This document shows positions 50,725 through 63,426 of a DNA stretch of 64,000 nt, piece by piece. Location of the stretch: NCBI GenBank assembly GCA_001643675.2, contig LSRY02000072.1, positions 62,001 to 126,000 of the forward strand, written 5' to 3'. Below the pieces are notes generated by a model that ran no database searches, was not told the DNA's origin, and saw nothing but the letters and a program-made list of their open reading frames with translations. The first letter of the stretch is position 1. Each line of letters begins with the position of its first letter. Source of the stretch: Monocercomonoides exilis PA203 (lineage: Eukaryota; Protista; Preaxostyla). Position numbers and translations under genes: made by a program.

Positions 50725-53048
50725 TCACTTCACGTGCTTCTCTCCATCTCTTCTCTTTTGCCAGTTCCCTTCTGCCTGCTTGTCCCACTGCCTCCCTCTT
50801 TCCCTCAGCGGGTCAATCACAACAAGCGAGTCGTCTTCTGCACTCTGCGCTGTTAATGATGACGATGAAGATGAGGAAGAGGAAGAGGATGACAATGCAC
50901 CCAGCATCAGTTCGCTTGTGTCTCGGGTGAAGTGCAGCGTGTGGCGCATCCACTCAGTCGAGTTCGCGTTGTAGTCGTCCGCGTCTTCTCGATCCAGATA
51001 GTGCGTTATCTTCGTGTTTTCTCCCCCCTCAGAATCACTTCCTGCTGATTCCAAATTTCTGCTCTGTTCCTTCTCCTCTTCACCTGCTTCATTTCCGTTG
51101 TTTCTCGCACTGATTCCATCTGCAGCTTCTTGTTCTTCTTGTTCTTCTTGTTTTTCATCTCCGATTCGCATCCTCTTTGTGTTTTGATCAAAACGCCCTG
51201 TTTTCTTTCCTCCACTCGTTCCTGTCCACAGTCCTCCCCCAATCAATGAATCAAACTTCGCCAGGCGCTCCATCATTGCTGCGTTTCTGCCTGATATCAG
51301 TTGTTTGCGCCCAGCTTCTCTTAATCTGAAGAAGCAAACCAAAAAATCCAAGAAGAAAAAATAAGTTAATAATAAACCACGAAATCATTTTCAATGAGTT
51401 GAAAAACAAGCAGATTTATTTCTGCATTCAAATATAAATTCTCCCAACAAATTATCATTCACACCTTCTTTTCTCCACTGGCGTCGCATCCTCGTCGATC
51501 GACAGCTCAATCATCTGCTGCTCCACCGTCCGTGGCGCTGCTCGCTCTTCCCCATTCTTCTCCTCTTCAAAGCGATTTTTCTTCGTGTGCTTCAGAGAAA
51601 GCGCATATAATGCTCCTTCATCCTCATCATTTTCATCATCATCATCATCATCTTCTTCTTCTTCTTCTTTTCTCTTCTCCTCTTCCTCCTTTTTCTTCTT
51701 TTCCTTTTTCTTCTCATTCAATTCTCGGCTCCTCTTTGTGAATGATTTTCTCATCATGAACGCATCAAAATACTCATCACTTGCCCCTTCGGCCAGTTTC
51801 TCTTCTTCGCTTTTTTCATGCCCACCCAACCGAACATCCTTGACGCTCTCTCTTTCGTTCTCTTTTGGCCCTGTGTCTACTCTGGCTGTGCTTTCAAACG
51901 GTGTTCCAGAAAACAGAGCTTTCTTCCACTTTGCCTTTTTGTCTGCGAACAAATCACTCGGTGAATCTTCCATTCCACCCCGTTTGGTTCCTTCACCTCC
52001 ATTTTCGCCTTCTTCCGTTTTTTTGTTCTTTTTGCCATTTTCCACTGCCTTTTCCTCCTTTGGTGTTTTTGCCCTGCTAACTTGAACACTTTCTCTGCTG
52101 AGCATGTCATCTTCCAGAACATCATGAGCCGAAACAACCTGATTCTTTGTGCGCTTCTGATCTCCCTCTTCCTTCTCATCGCTTTCATCTTCGCTGTCCT
52201 CACCATTTTCATCGTCAATCTGTGCAAACGACAGAAGCTTGGCGTCTCGCCTTGTCGTCCCCCTCACCGTCTGCCGCTCTGCCTCTTTCTTCTTTTCGTT
52301 ATTCTTTATTTCATTCATCTTCTCTTGCTGCGCTGCCAGTTCCTCTTTGCTCAAAGGCCGCGGCACCATCACTGCATTCTCCATCCCGCCAAACGGATTC
52401 GTGATCACTTCTGCTCTCAGAAGCTTCGGCGGGTAGAAAGGGCGATCGTGTGCATCGCATTCCACCTCTCCAATCGTCGTCACCGTGAAAATCGTGTCAA
52501 ACGACACCTTCCCAAATATCGTGTGCATCCTGTCCAGCCACTCGCACTTGTCCAGCGTTATAAAAAACTGGCTCCCGTTCAAGTTCACCTCCTGAATCCC
52601 TCTTTCGCTCGCAGGCGTCGCCATCGCCACAATGCCCCGATGGTTGAACTTCAGCCTCGAGTGGAATTCAAGCGCAAACGGCTTCCCGTATATCGACTCG
52701 CCCCCTTCCCCGGTCCCCGTCGGATCCCCGCCCTGGATGCAGAACCCTTTCACAATCCGGTGGAAAATCGTGTTGTCGTAGTACCCTGTCAGGCAGTGCT
52801 GGATAAAATTCCGGCACGCTTTCGGCGCTTCTTTTGCCCACAGCTCCACAACAATGTCCCCGTGGTTCGTCACCAATTTGACCTGAATCACGCGCAAGCA
52901 CGCCATCATCAATTATCCAAGCAAAGCACCACCAACCAGTTCAATAAGAAAAACAACCACAAATAATTACAAAACACAAAGCAAAAAGAACACGCAAAAA
53001 GAATACCGTTCCCGTCGTCGCCGGCTCAGACAAGTATATATTGGACAT
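50725..53048 (-). CDS. CWC27: Spliceosome-associated cyclophilin Cwc27
   Basis: MSNIYLSEPATTGT|VKLVTNHGDIVVELWAKEAPKACRNFIQHCLTGYYDNTIFHRIVKGFCIQGGDPTGTGEGGESIYG..EFHSRLKFNHRG; C-terminal WMRHTLHF...VVIDP. Introns about 52883-53006 and 51327-51462. Confidence 0.93.
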
Positions 53049-53600
53049 TTATCAAAAAACGAGCAATTCTCCACATTTATAATGGTTGCAATAATTTCAA
53101 AAAACCAAAATCTCACAAATGCTATCGGTTGATTGCATATATGAATGGATAAATCAACACATATATTCTTTTGAAGTTAGCTTATTATTATCTTTCATTG
53201 CTGTCTAAAATGAAAATTGAATAAAAAAATCACTCAAAAAGAAAATTTCGCCTCCAAAAATGAAAATCATAAATTCTGACAAAAAGATTATCACATCTTT
53301 CACATGTTTGCACTGATATATTCTTCTGCTTTGCCCTCATGCTTTTCTTCTTCTTCATTTGTTTTCATTTCTGTTGATTCATTTTCTCCATCTTTCTCTC
53401 AACTCCTGTTTCTTTGAACCTTTTGTGTAGTTCTCTGAATTGGCTGAAAACAATTGCAGCTTATTTCATAAAGCTGGATATGTAATCTTCTTTGAAAGAA
53501 TTCGTGAAATCTTCTTCATTATCTTTGCAAAAATTAAATTTGCAGGAGGAAAAAAACAAAAAAATAAAAATCTCATTGAAATGAATGATGAAATCGCTTT

Positions 53601-55139
53601 TCAACTGACAAATAATTTTTGATGTTCAAAGAAGAATAAGATAATTGCTGAGATCATTTGAAAATCCCCACACACGAGCACCCCCAAAGCAACTTTCCTG
53701 AAGCTGACAATAATATCTTCATATCCTTCTTCTTCCGTCTTCTCATGCACCTTTCGGAAAAGCATCATTTTCTTCTTTGCTTTTTCGCTTTCTTTTTCTC
53801 CTTTCCATTCAGCCAGCTCCAGGCAAACCAAACATACCAAGTCAAGCTATTCTTTTTTTCTTTTTTTCTGCTCAATATTCGAGAAAGGTGATAAAAAACA
53901 CTTCTGCCGCGCGTTAAAAGCTCATCGTTAATTGTTGGCTGATGCATTTCCTCCAAAATGAAATCTACAGCCTCTTCGCACAGGAAGCAATCAGAAGATT
54001 CTGCTTCATGCAAAATGATATGAAACAAAAATGTGAGGCATTTCCTGAATATTCTTCTGTGGCTGCCCTTTGCTGCTCCACACAGACCAATGATGCATCT
54101 CGTCAGTTTGTTGCATTCATCGTTCTGCATTTGGACTTTCAGAGAATAAAAATTCAATAAATTGAGCCATCTGTCCAAAATAATCGTTTCTTTCGTTTCT
54201 TTTCTTTTTTCATCCTCCTCCTCTTCTTCCTTTCTCTTCCAATCCACACATTTCATCAGCTCTTCCAGCTCTCTTGTTGCTTCTCCCACAAAATGCAATT
54301 CATTCACAATGATGCTCTTCGGACACTTGTCGAAAACCAATCTGCCTATCAAAAACAGCCAAGCCGATTGGCATGCGAGTTTGGTCAGGTTGCGGTTTTC
54401 GTGATGGCACTTCATGATTTCTGTCATCCGCCTCAGATACAATTCTTTATCAATATGCTTCATGATTTAAAAAAATATATAAAAATATGAAACAAAAAAG
54501 GAAGAATGAAGCTCATGCATAATGTTTTCTAATGTCGCTCAATCCAAGTAAAGCCATTTCCACTTCTTTTTGAGTCTCCTCATTTTTCTCCTTTTTCCTC
54601 AATGCAACTTGCAGAACACAAGACATGCAAATCGAAAGCAATTCCTCTGAAACATAACCATCGCACAGCATCATGCAGCATTCGCAAAGATCAACCAGAA
54701 ACTTTTCATTTCTCTCTTCTTCTTTCTTCTTTTCTTCTTCAACAATCAACCTCTCAAACCTTTTGCCCAACGAAGAATAAATAAAATCATAGCTTATGGA
54801 ATAATTCAGCACTTTCCAATATCCCATGTGCTTCAGCAATGCAATCGTGTTTTCCAATGACATTTTCTTTTCTTCAATCATTTTGTCCATTCTGCTGAAC
54901 AATTGTTCTTTGAAAGCAGAATCCAACTTTTCTTTGTCCATTCCTTCCATCAATCTGTCGATTTCTTCAATTTTCTGAATCTGCTCTTTCTCCCCACGAT
55001 CCTCCAGTTCATGAATTAATCCTTCAAAATAAAAAAAATAGAAATAATTCGATCATTTGGAATCAAAACACGATGCCGTACACAAACGAGAGAACTTTTC
55101 AGAGATGTCAATGTCCTGATATTTGAATTTATGTTGCAT
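53601..55139 (-). CDS. Member of an expanded lineage-specific ARM-like helical family; 3' end has a frame change (intron or frameshift)
   Basis: MDKMIEEKKMSLENTIALLKHMGY, EKFLVDLCEC, EETQKEVEMALLGLS, NELHFVGEATRELEELMKCVDWKRK and EEEGYEDIIVSF are motifs I recall from a high-copy Monocercomonoides family. ATG at 55139; introns near 55027-55086 and 54465-54520. Confidence 0.7.
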
Positions 55140-57136
55140 TCAGAAAACGTAGTATTTTTTATCATTCAAACAGAAAATGAATCATAACAGGAAAGAGACA
55201 ATGACTATTTAAACTCCAAAGAAAGTATTATATATAAAGTTTTCATACCATCCGTCTTTGAATTGATATTTTAATCAAGCGAATATTGAGATAAACAACG
55301 CTTTATCTTCTTCAAGTTTGCTCTTATGGATGATTTGATCAAATTCGATTTTGGAAAAACCGAATATTTTTGTAAAACAAGAGAACTACAAGCGAATCTA
55401 TCCAGCATAATATTTGTTATTAAATTGCCAGTGATGGTGACAGACAATGACGGAGAAGAATCGAAATATCTTTTTTTTTTGGAACGATTTTTGGAAATGA
55501 ATGGCTCAGGGAAAACGACATTCATATTTTGGTTGCAAACAACAAATACATAAAATAAACAAAATAAATTTGAAAAGTGATTGGAAGAAGGGAAAAAAGG
55601 AGAATGCAGACAATTGAAAGGAAGTCTGAAAGTTCGAAATTAAATGAGAAGTCGTTCTTTTCAAACAAGAAAAGTGATTGACACGAATGAAATTTGACTT
55701 TTTGTGAGGGGAGGGTGGGAAGGCAGAAGGAGAAAGAAGCAGCGGAAGACATTTGAAAAGGAGATAAATAGCATTCCATGTTGAACATTTCTTTTTCTCT
55801 TGCGATGGTCAGGACAGGAATGAGACTTTGAGGAATGTTTTGAAAAAACAATGCAAGTGCTATTTCTGTCACTGTTTCAAACCTTATGAAACAAAAGGGA
55901 ACAAAGCAAATGGAATCTGTTTGTTCTCAAAGATGTTTTGCTTCCTTTTTTTCAAGTTCAATACTCACTGTTTCAACAACCCAACTGTTCTTCTTCAATG
56001 GATGTTTTTTGAAGTGTTATTCAAACATTCTCCATTTTCAGCAAAGAGAAGTTGCTTCTGCTGAAAAGAGGGGGAATAAACATCAGATGATGTATTGAAC
56101 CTTATTTTTGCATGTGCTCACATTCAAATGATTGAATTCTTCATTTGGTGAAATTGTGAATACCAAAACACAGCAATCACCATCAACCGCAAAGCTTTCA
56201 TCACCAAAATTGGGGTGATTGCTTCATCCATTCCTTTCTTTTTGAGGAATGTGAACGTTTTTCAGATTCATGAAAAGGCTTGAGAAAGAAAGTTAATCAT
56301 CAACCGTTGTTCCAATTGCATCTTTCAAATCTCTTCTGGAACAATCCTCAAAATGAATGGAACATGCTGAAAGTGACCATTCAATCAGAACAAGATCTTT
56401 GCTCTCAGCATAAATAGCTCTCAATGGATTGTGAACCATCTTGTGATGATGATAGCATGTTTGTTGTTTCAAAGTCTTTCACTCCACACACACTCAAAAA
56501 ATCAATTGGATTGCAAAAACACAAACAAGCAATTGAAACACTTGAAAATAACAGAAATGAGAAAAAGTTAAACATTCTTCATCTTTGGAGATATTACAGC
56601 GTTTTGATGAAGACAAAAACACATCAACAAGTAAAAGAAACAAAAGAAACAAAAAAATAATCTTTCAACACAACATTCCACAAATAAAATAATAAGCCAT
56701 CAAACAAACACAAAACAAAGAAAAACAAAGACGATATTCTAACCACAATGAAACAAAAAAACAAAAAAAAAGACAAAAAATGCATATTTTCAATTTATAA
56801 ATCTGGGGAAATGCTCTCCAGAAAATAATCATGAACAGAAACAGATGGAAAAAAAATACTTCTTTTGTAATTAAATACATAAACATTAAAAAAACATAAA
56901 GAATCTAATTTAACAGAACAGACCTCCTAACAATCAAAATATTGACAATAAAACTTCAAAAAAAGAGACAAACACACATACACATACAAAATAAAAAATG
57001 AAGATAATTTTCTATGCCTAGGAATTGGCACAAGCAAAATATTTGTGCAAACAAAACACTGCATTTTACAGGATGTTTTTTTCGGAGCTCATAAAATACC
57101 GTCTGACAAACACTTGCTGCTCCATCTGCCCAAATC

Positions 57137-60100
57137 TCACAGCGACCTCATGCAGTCTGCAATCTCCATGTGCCTCAGATAAGACAACGGACCGGCAGTT
57201 GCCAGGTAGCCCAGCAGCATCGCAATAAACACCAGCGCAATCAGAGTGGCATACGGAAAATAGAAAGCAGGCAGCCCAGTCGACAGCAGCTGCACCACCT
57301 CCGAAGACATCATGTACGACACCGCCATCCCGCAGACCACCCCCATCACAGCTGCTCCCATCACCAGCACAAACGCCTCTTCCACAAACACCCGCCGCAC
57401 CTCAAACTGCCCCATGCCCATCGCTCGCATCATCCCGTACTCCTTCTTCGACGACAGCACGTTCCACGACATCGCTGCCACCAGCGAGCACTCCCCAACG
57501 AAGCTCAAAAGAAGCGCCGCCACAACAAACACCACACGCATCACCACCTCAAACGTCGCATACGTCTGGTCGAACTCTCGCTTTGTCCAAACATAAGAGA
57601 TCGTGTAGTTGCTCTCCCCAGCACCAGCAACCATCAGCGAAGCCAATGGATCGGAATGGGGGTTCATCAGTGGCTCCCTGCCATGTTGCCAAGGAATAAA
57701 ATCGATTCTTCTTGCTTCATCAACGGAAGATCTGCCGCCACTTTCCATCTCTCTGTTCGGCTGCAACCCCTCCAGTTCAGAGTTCTTCCAACCATTTCCC
57801 TCTGGCTTGCGATTGCTCTGGAAAGATGGGGACTCTGAAGAATGCTCACTGGAGCCATCATATTTTGAAGAGGATGAAGAAGCCTAGGCACAGCCATCGG
57901 AGTCGTTGACTTTTGCGTATCTGACTGACCTCTCCAAGTCCTCAGTCCTCGAGGCATGTGCCCCTTTCTTGTACTTCACTTTTACGTCTGAGATGCACAA
58001 GTCGTCAAATGCCGATGATGAGAAAACACCGCCAATGTCTGACACGGTCTCACACAGCAGCGGAACAGAAACGGGGAGCTGGGCAACCCCATAGCCGTCT
58101 TTGACCTCAGATACAACAAACGGAATGGCTCTGACAAACGCCCCAATCGTGATGTTTTTGAATATCGCTGACAGCGGAGCAAGATTTGTGTGCCCTGCTG
58201 TGCTTTCAGCATCTCTCTTGTTCTTCGACAGATCGCTCTCGCTGAACAGCGTGTTCGAGTAAAACGGCAAGTACACTGAGGCATCCGCGCTGAGATTCTT
58301 CGCCAGCACATATCTGTCCCCCAACTTCGCTTGCATCGCCTTCCCAAACGCCTTCGACACAACACCAATCGGCGCTTCAAAGTAGTTTGCATACATCTGC
58401 CGCACAATATCGTCCCCGCCCATCCTCTTTCGATCATTCAGCGACCCATCCACATGCCACGTGCCTTCGTCGGTCGCCGCCCTGAAGTTCGGCGAGAGCG
58501 CAATCAGCTCATATTCCTCCTGGTGCGTTCTCCCGCGGTTCGTCAGCAGCACCGAAGCCCCGCCGCCCCGCTGCTGCCCAGCAAGCAAGCAGCTCGCAAA
58601 CGCATACGACTCAACCACATCGCTGTACTCATCCAGCACTTTCTGGATGCTCTCCAAGTTCTCCATTCGGAACCCACGCGACGTCACATTGCGGTGGAAC
58701 AGCGGCGGTGGGAAAAACACTGAGCCATTCCAGTTCTCGTACTTCTCAAAGGGGAACGTGGACGCATACGCCAGAGGCCGCACATCCAAGTCGCACCCAT
58801 ACTGCTGATACCCCGACGCCTTGATCGCACTCAAAACTGTGTTCGCAATCACATCCATGAAAAACACAAAGCACAGGATCAGCGCAAACATCACTGTCGT
58901 CCCCCGGTTCCTCAGCCTGTGCAGACTCAGGTTCTTCAGCGCCATCTTCTTCACTGCCGACTTCTCCCAGAAGAGAAACACCGTGCACACAACCGCCTCA
59001 AACACATACTCGAAGTTCACACACAGCAGCACCAGCGCAACCATGATGCATATCATCAGCCCAATCAGCACAACCACCAGCATCGCCACGTTCCCAGACT
59101 CCAGCGAAAGAGGGAAGAACACATACACACACCCGCCAATCACCACCAGAATCGCGCCATCCACAAGCAGAGCATACGACGGATGCACCGAGTCACTCCG
59201 CTCGATGGTGACAAGAACAGCTGACGCGTTTGTGTGCTGCACATCAATCGAGTCATGCAGATTCGCCGACAGCGCTGTGCGGATCGGGAAGAACGAGGCC
59301 ACAAGAGTCGCTCCCAGCACAACCAAGATCGTCACAACCACCGACCACGCTGGAAGCGCCACCCCCAATTCAATGCCTCGGTTCTTCGTGATGGCACCCA
59401 CCAGAACTGCATTTATCCCCTGCGCTCCAGCAACCCCAACAACAATCCCCGGCACCGCATACATCAGCCCTTGCATCACAACAAGCATCACCACCCCACA
59501 CCGCCCCATCCCGTGCACCCGCATCAGCCCCAGCTCATATGCTCTCCCGTCGACAGACCGCTGGATCTGCGAGTAGATAATCAGCACTGTGACCCCCAGC
59601 AGCACAACCACCAGCACCCCCATCAGCAGCAGCAGCAGGCTTTCGAACATCGCGTCGCTCTCGGGCGCCATCGGCAGCGAGGCATCGAGCTCCACCGATC
59701 CCAATGCAAAAAGCACCCCCGTTGACCACAAATTCAGCTTTCTTAACGAAGCAAAGCAGAAGGAAATTCATTCAATTAATGTGAATACACATATAAATAT
59801 AGTAAATGTATTTATGTCATCATTCATTTGTTTTCGCAAATGAAAAGAAGCACCAATTGAGAAATGAATATGCATTTCGTCCCCCCAGAAAAATGAGAAT
59901 TAATTCATTATTGCGACAGCTGCACACAAATCCAAGCAAACCGTTGAACCATCGAACTGTCTGCATGCAAATAAGTCTTGTTTCTCGGCAGCTGGCACGT
60001 GCATGCCATTTGAGAAGCATAGTCACTCAGATTTGCCTCCAGAAAATGTTCTTTTGCAACAACATCCAAGACAGAAAGCGGAAAGTTGTCAACAATCTGA

Positions 60101-61423
60101 GGCATTGCACACAGAATAAAAAAAAGCATGAATGGCCAAAAAAACAGTATCGTTGTCATCATCAGCAGCAGCAGCAGCAGCAATAACAACAACAAAAGAA
60201 AGAAAGAAAGAAAGAAATATTTGTCATAAAACAATATGCCAAAAATCATTAAAATCGCAAATATGATCAATGCCAAAATATCACACATGCTCCCAAACGG
60301 AATCGAATTCTGCAACAATTTTCGCTGAAGCACTTGTCTGGTCAATGCTGTCATGAACCTTCAAAGCAACAATAATATGAATCAAATGAACGAAGCAAGC
60401 GAAACAAATCATAAACATGTTCATAAATGGAAAGGCATTTTTGTTTCAAAATGCAACATAAATAAACGTGTTGCCACAAAATAGATTTCTTGAAATAGTC
60501 TCTGATATTTCATTTCAAACCTCAGCCAGTTCAAATGGAACGGTCAATTTCCCCAGCAACTTCGCAATGTCTTTCAGATTGCCTGGAGAATATTTCTTTA
60601 CCACATCAAATGCTATTGGAGAAATCCTCGAGATGTTCATGTTGACTTTTATGGTGTCTCCAGGCTTCATTAAAAGAGAGTTATAAATAGGCCCGTCAAA
60701 AACAACTTTCCCTTTTGGAATTGCATCAAGATTCCATCTCCAGCCAATGTCATATTGCTTCTGAGCCACGGAAATCCATAGTAAGTGAGCATAATAACAA
60801 CCACATTTAAATGCCGTGCATGAATCATGAGAGGAATAAGAAGAAGAAAAAAAGAAAGAAATTCATTTTATTTTTTATTGAGAGTGGAAAAAAGTCGAAA
60901 CCTCAAATCTGCTGTTGATTGCCATAAAATTACAAGTGTCTCCAACTCCGTTGTGGCTTATTTGCAAGAAATCTTTTATGCGAGGCGAACACATGGAAAA
61001 CTTTTCAATTTTAATATTTCTGCTTTTTGATGCAAATTATCAATAACGCCAAACTTCTTTTCCAAGAGGATCGAGTATTTCTTTTGCATGTGTGAAATTC
61101 AATCCCATGGCGTCCGTTTGAGGTTTTGGTGCAATAAGCATGTCAGGAGTAGTATAAGATGGAATGTTTATTGAATAATTTAATTCAGGGAGCTTTGTAG
61201 CCAAGCCCAACACAATCGGTATAATTAAGCTCACAAGAAAGCATCTTTCAAACGCAAACGCGATATCAAAAAACAAGCATTAAATCACAACAAACCCTAA
61301 AATGCCCCAACAAAAACTACATTTGTTGCGTTTCATCTCCCTCCAACTTTGGAGCAGATAAAAGCGAAAATACGCATATGCTTCTTTTCCTTTGCTTTTG
61401 TTTGTTTGGATAGATTTGTCCAT
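57137..61423 (-). CDS. FtsX/MacB-like ABC transporter permease with two permease modules (multi-exon); in-frame TAG at 57884-57886
   Basis: Two signature motifs, RAYELGLMRVHGM...VVMQG and KKEYGMMRAMGM...VFVEEA, plus ALKNLSLHRLRNRGTTVMFAL and N-terminal SWREMKRNKCSFCWGILG|CFLV. Multiple TM helices. ATG at 61423 and several GT-AG introns in 59740-61300. Confidence 0.85.
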
Positions 61424-61876
61424 TGTCTTTATAAATAATTATTTCCACAGAAAAGAGAAAACCTTTCATGCTAATTATGCAAAGATCATTATTCGCACGC
61501 AAACGTTTATTTTTTCATTATGAAATTATCATGTTGGATATTTGACGAAAAGGATGGATCATTTGGAAAAATGAATTCATAACGAATAAGTTGCATTTGC
61601 TCAGGAAAAGTGGAATTTGGAACAAATCAAGCCCAAGATTTCCGTGAAAGCTTTGTTCACCAAAAACAAAACATTATTGCTCGGAATAAATCACTTTCTT
61701 GGAGAGTTATTTTCTTTCTTTCTTTCTTTCTTCAAAAATTTAGCATTTCCAATTAATGAAACAGTTTCGATAAATCGAATTTATAAAAAGTTTTTGCTGG
61801 TTGAAATGTGCAATTTTCCAGAAAAAGTCGCATAATACTTCTTATTCATTCGTATTTAAAACATGATTTTATTATA

Positions 61877-62131
61877 TGGGTTATTCTTTTTGAAAAGTCA
61901 CAAATGTTTAATATCTGGGTGAAATAAAAAAGGAACTTATTTGATCGTTTTAGAAAATAAATCCAATGAATTTCTCCATTATGCACTTATTCCAGCATCA
62001 AATAGGTCTGCGTATTTTAATTTGCATAATGATTACGTTTGATGGATTTGTTTACAAAAATGGTCAAATGAGTTCATTTTTTGTTTAACCCAGATATTAA
62101 ACATTTGTGACTTTTCAAAAAGAATAACCCA
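61877..62131. mobile_element. MITE, family M3 (255 bp, perfect 44-bp TIR)
   Basis: 61877-61920 TGGGTTATTCTTTTTGAAAAGTCACAAATGTTTAATATCTGGGT is the exact reverse complement of 62088-62131; TA lies on both sides. Confidence 0.85.
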
Positions 62132-62133
62132 TA

Positions 62134-62402
62134 TGGTGTAAAATTATACACTTCAGGTATTTTCATTGAAAAACTATGAACTGTGGATGAACTTTTTGTG
62201 ATCAAAAAACACAATAAAAATGTGTACATTTTTTGACATACGCGAAATGTCTCTTTTCTTTATGTTATGATTTCAATGATGCCTGTTAACAGATATGAAA
62301 ATCCAATTTATAATGAAATCTGATAATATTTTATAAAGTTATGAGCTAAACAAATATTTCATGCTTCGTGCAAAAAAAGCTTGAAAGTTCATATCTTCCC
62401 CA
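62134..62402. mobile_element. MITE, family M2 (inverted relative to 20798-21067)
   Basis: GTGCAAAAAAAGCTTGAAAGTTCATATCTTCCCCA is the near reverse complement of TGGGGGAAAATATGAACTTTCAAGCTTTTTATGCAC at 20798; lengths match (269 vs 270 bp). Confidence 0.7.
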
Positions 62403-62407
62403 AAATA

Positions 62408-62669
62408 TGGGTGATTATTTTTGAAATCATATTTTTTCTAACAAAAATTTCGGTGCAAATATATTTGATGAATAACAATTAAAAAACATAGAAGAGTGAA
62501 AAGACTTATTCAAAACATTTTTAATCTTTCATTTAACTGAAACAATTGTATTTTAAAAAACAATTATCATGTTATTTTTATTTTGAAACAAAAATTTCTT
62601 TCGAAAAACTTTCAATCTTTGAAAAATCAACACCCCGAAAAAAGATATGATTTCAAAAATAATCACCCA
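62408..62669. mobile_element. MITE, family M1 (262 bp)
   Basis: Perfect TIR TGGGTGATTATTTTTGAAATCATAT / ATATGATTTCAAAAATAATCACCCA, with TA on both sides. Confidence 0.8.
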
Positions 62670-62898
62670 TATATATTTATTTGATGAATATTTGAGTTTT
62701 GAAAAATTATTAGGTATCAAAACAACAGAAAGAAAATGAGTTTCTTAAGTTTAGAAATAATAGAAAAAATTAGAAAGGAAAGATAAAAAGCAATACTGAC
62801 AAGTTGAACTCGCAACAGTACAAGCTTGTGGAAACATGAGCAAATAATTAATCAAAAAAAGAAACTTTAAAAAAAAAGAAAAGAAAGAAAAAAACATA

Positions 62899-63255
62899 CA
62901 GATTGTGTAAAAAATACCGGACAAGATCGATTTCTCAATAACCACTTAAAGAGAAAATCTGATAATTTTCCTCAAAATACATCTCATTGATACAAACTCA
63001 CGTGACAAACAAGACTTTCGAAACAGCTTCATTTGTGCTCAGAAAAAATTATTGCAAAAACATCGGAAAAATAGGAATTTATGTTTCTCCGAAACTTCAA
63101 TAATGATTTTTTCTGAGCACTAGCGAAGCTGTCCTCAAAGTCTTGTTTGTCACGTGAGTTTGTATCAATGAGATGTATTTTGAAGAAAATTATCAGATTT
63201 TCTCTTTAAGTGGTTATTGAGAAATCGGTCTTGTCCGGTATTTTTGCACAATCTG
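62899..63255. mobile_element. Long-TIR (foldback) MITE, family M4, Tc1/mariner-like termini
   Basis: TA|CAGATTGTG...CACAATCTG|TA, with about 155-bp arms and about 45-bp spacer. Confidence 0.85.
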
Positions 63256-63426
63256 TATCTTTATTTTCGAAATTCAATTTTGAAAAACATTAAACATTCA
63301 GTCTTGTAATAATGAACATTTGTTAAAAAAATTATATTTGAAATGAAATAAAAATTTTGCATTCATGAGAAAATCTTCGTTTTATTCCAGACTATTTATG
63401 TTGTCGTATCATAATTAGAATTTGAT

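Noticed and set aside
57137-59731. Bacterial contamination or very recent transfer suggested by high GC and an FtsX domain
   Set aside because: The region is contiguous with intron-containing 5' exons, and similar GC-rich patches occur in native genes (CDC14 41070-41400, CWC27 52300-52900).
61877-63255. CRISPR array or structured ncRNA genes
   Set aside because: The repeats are inverted, dispersed and TA-flanked rather than regularly spaced direct repeats. I recognised no tRNA, rRNA or snRNA motif anywhere in the window.
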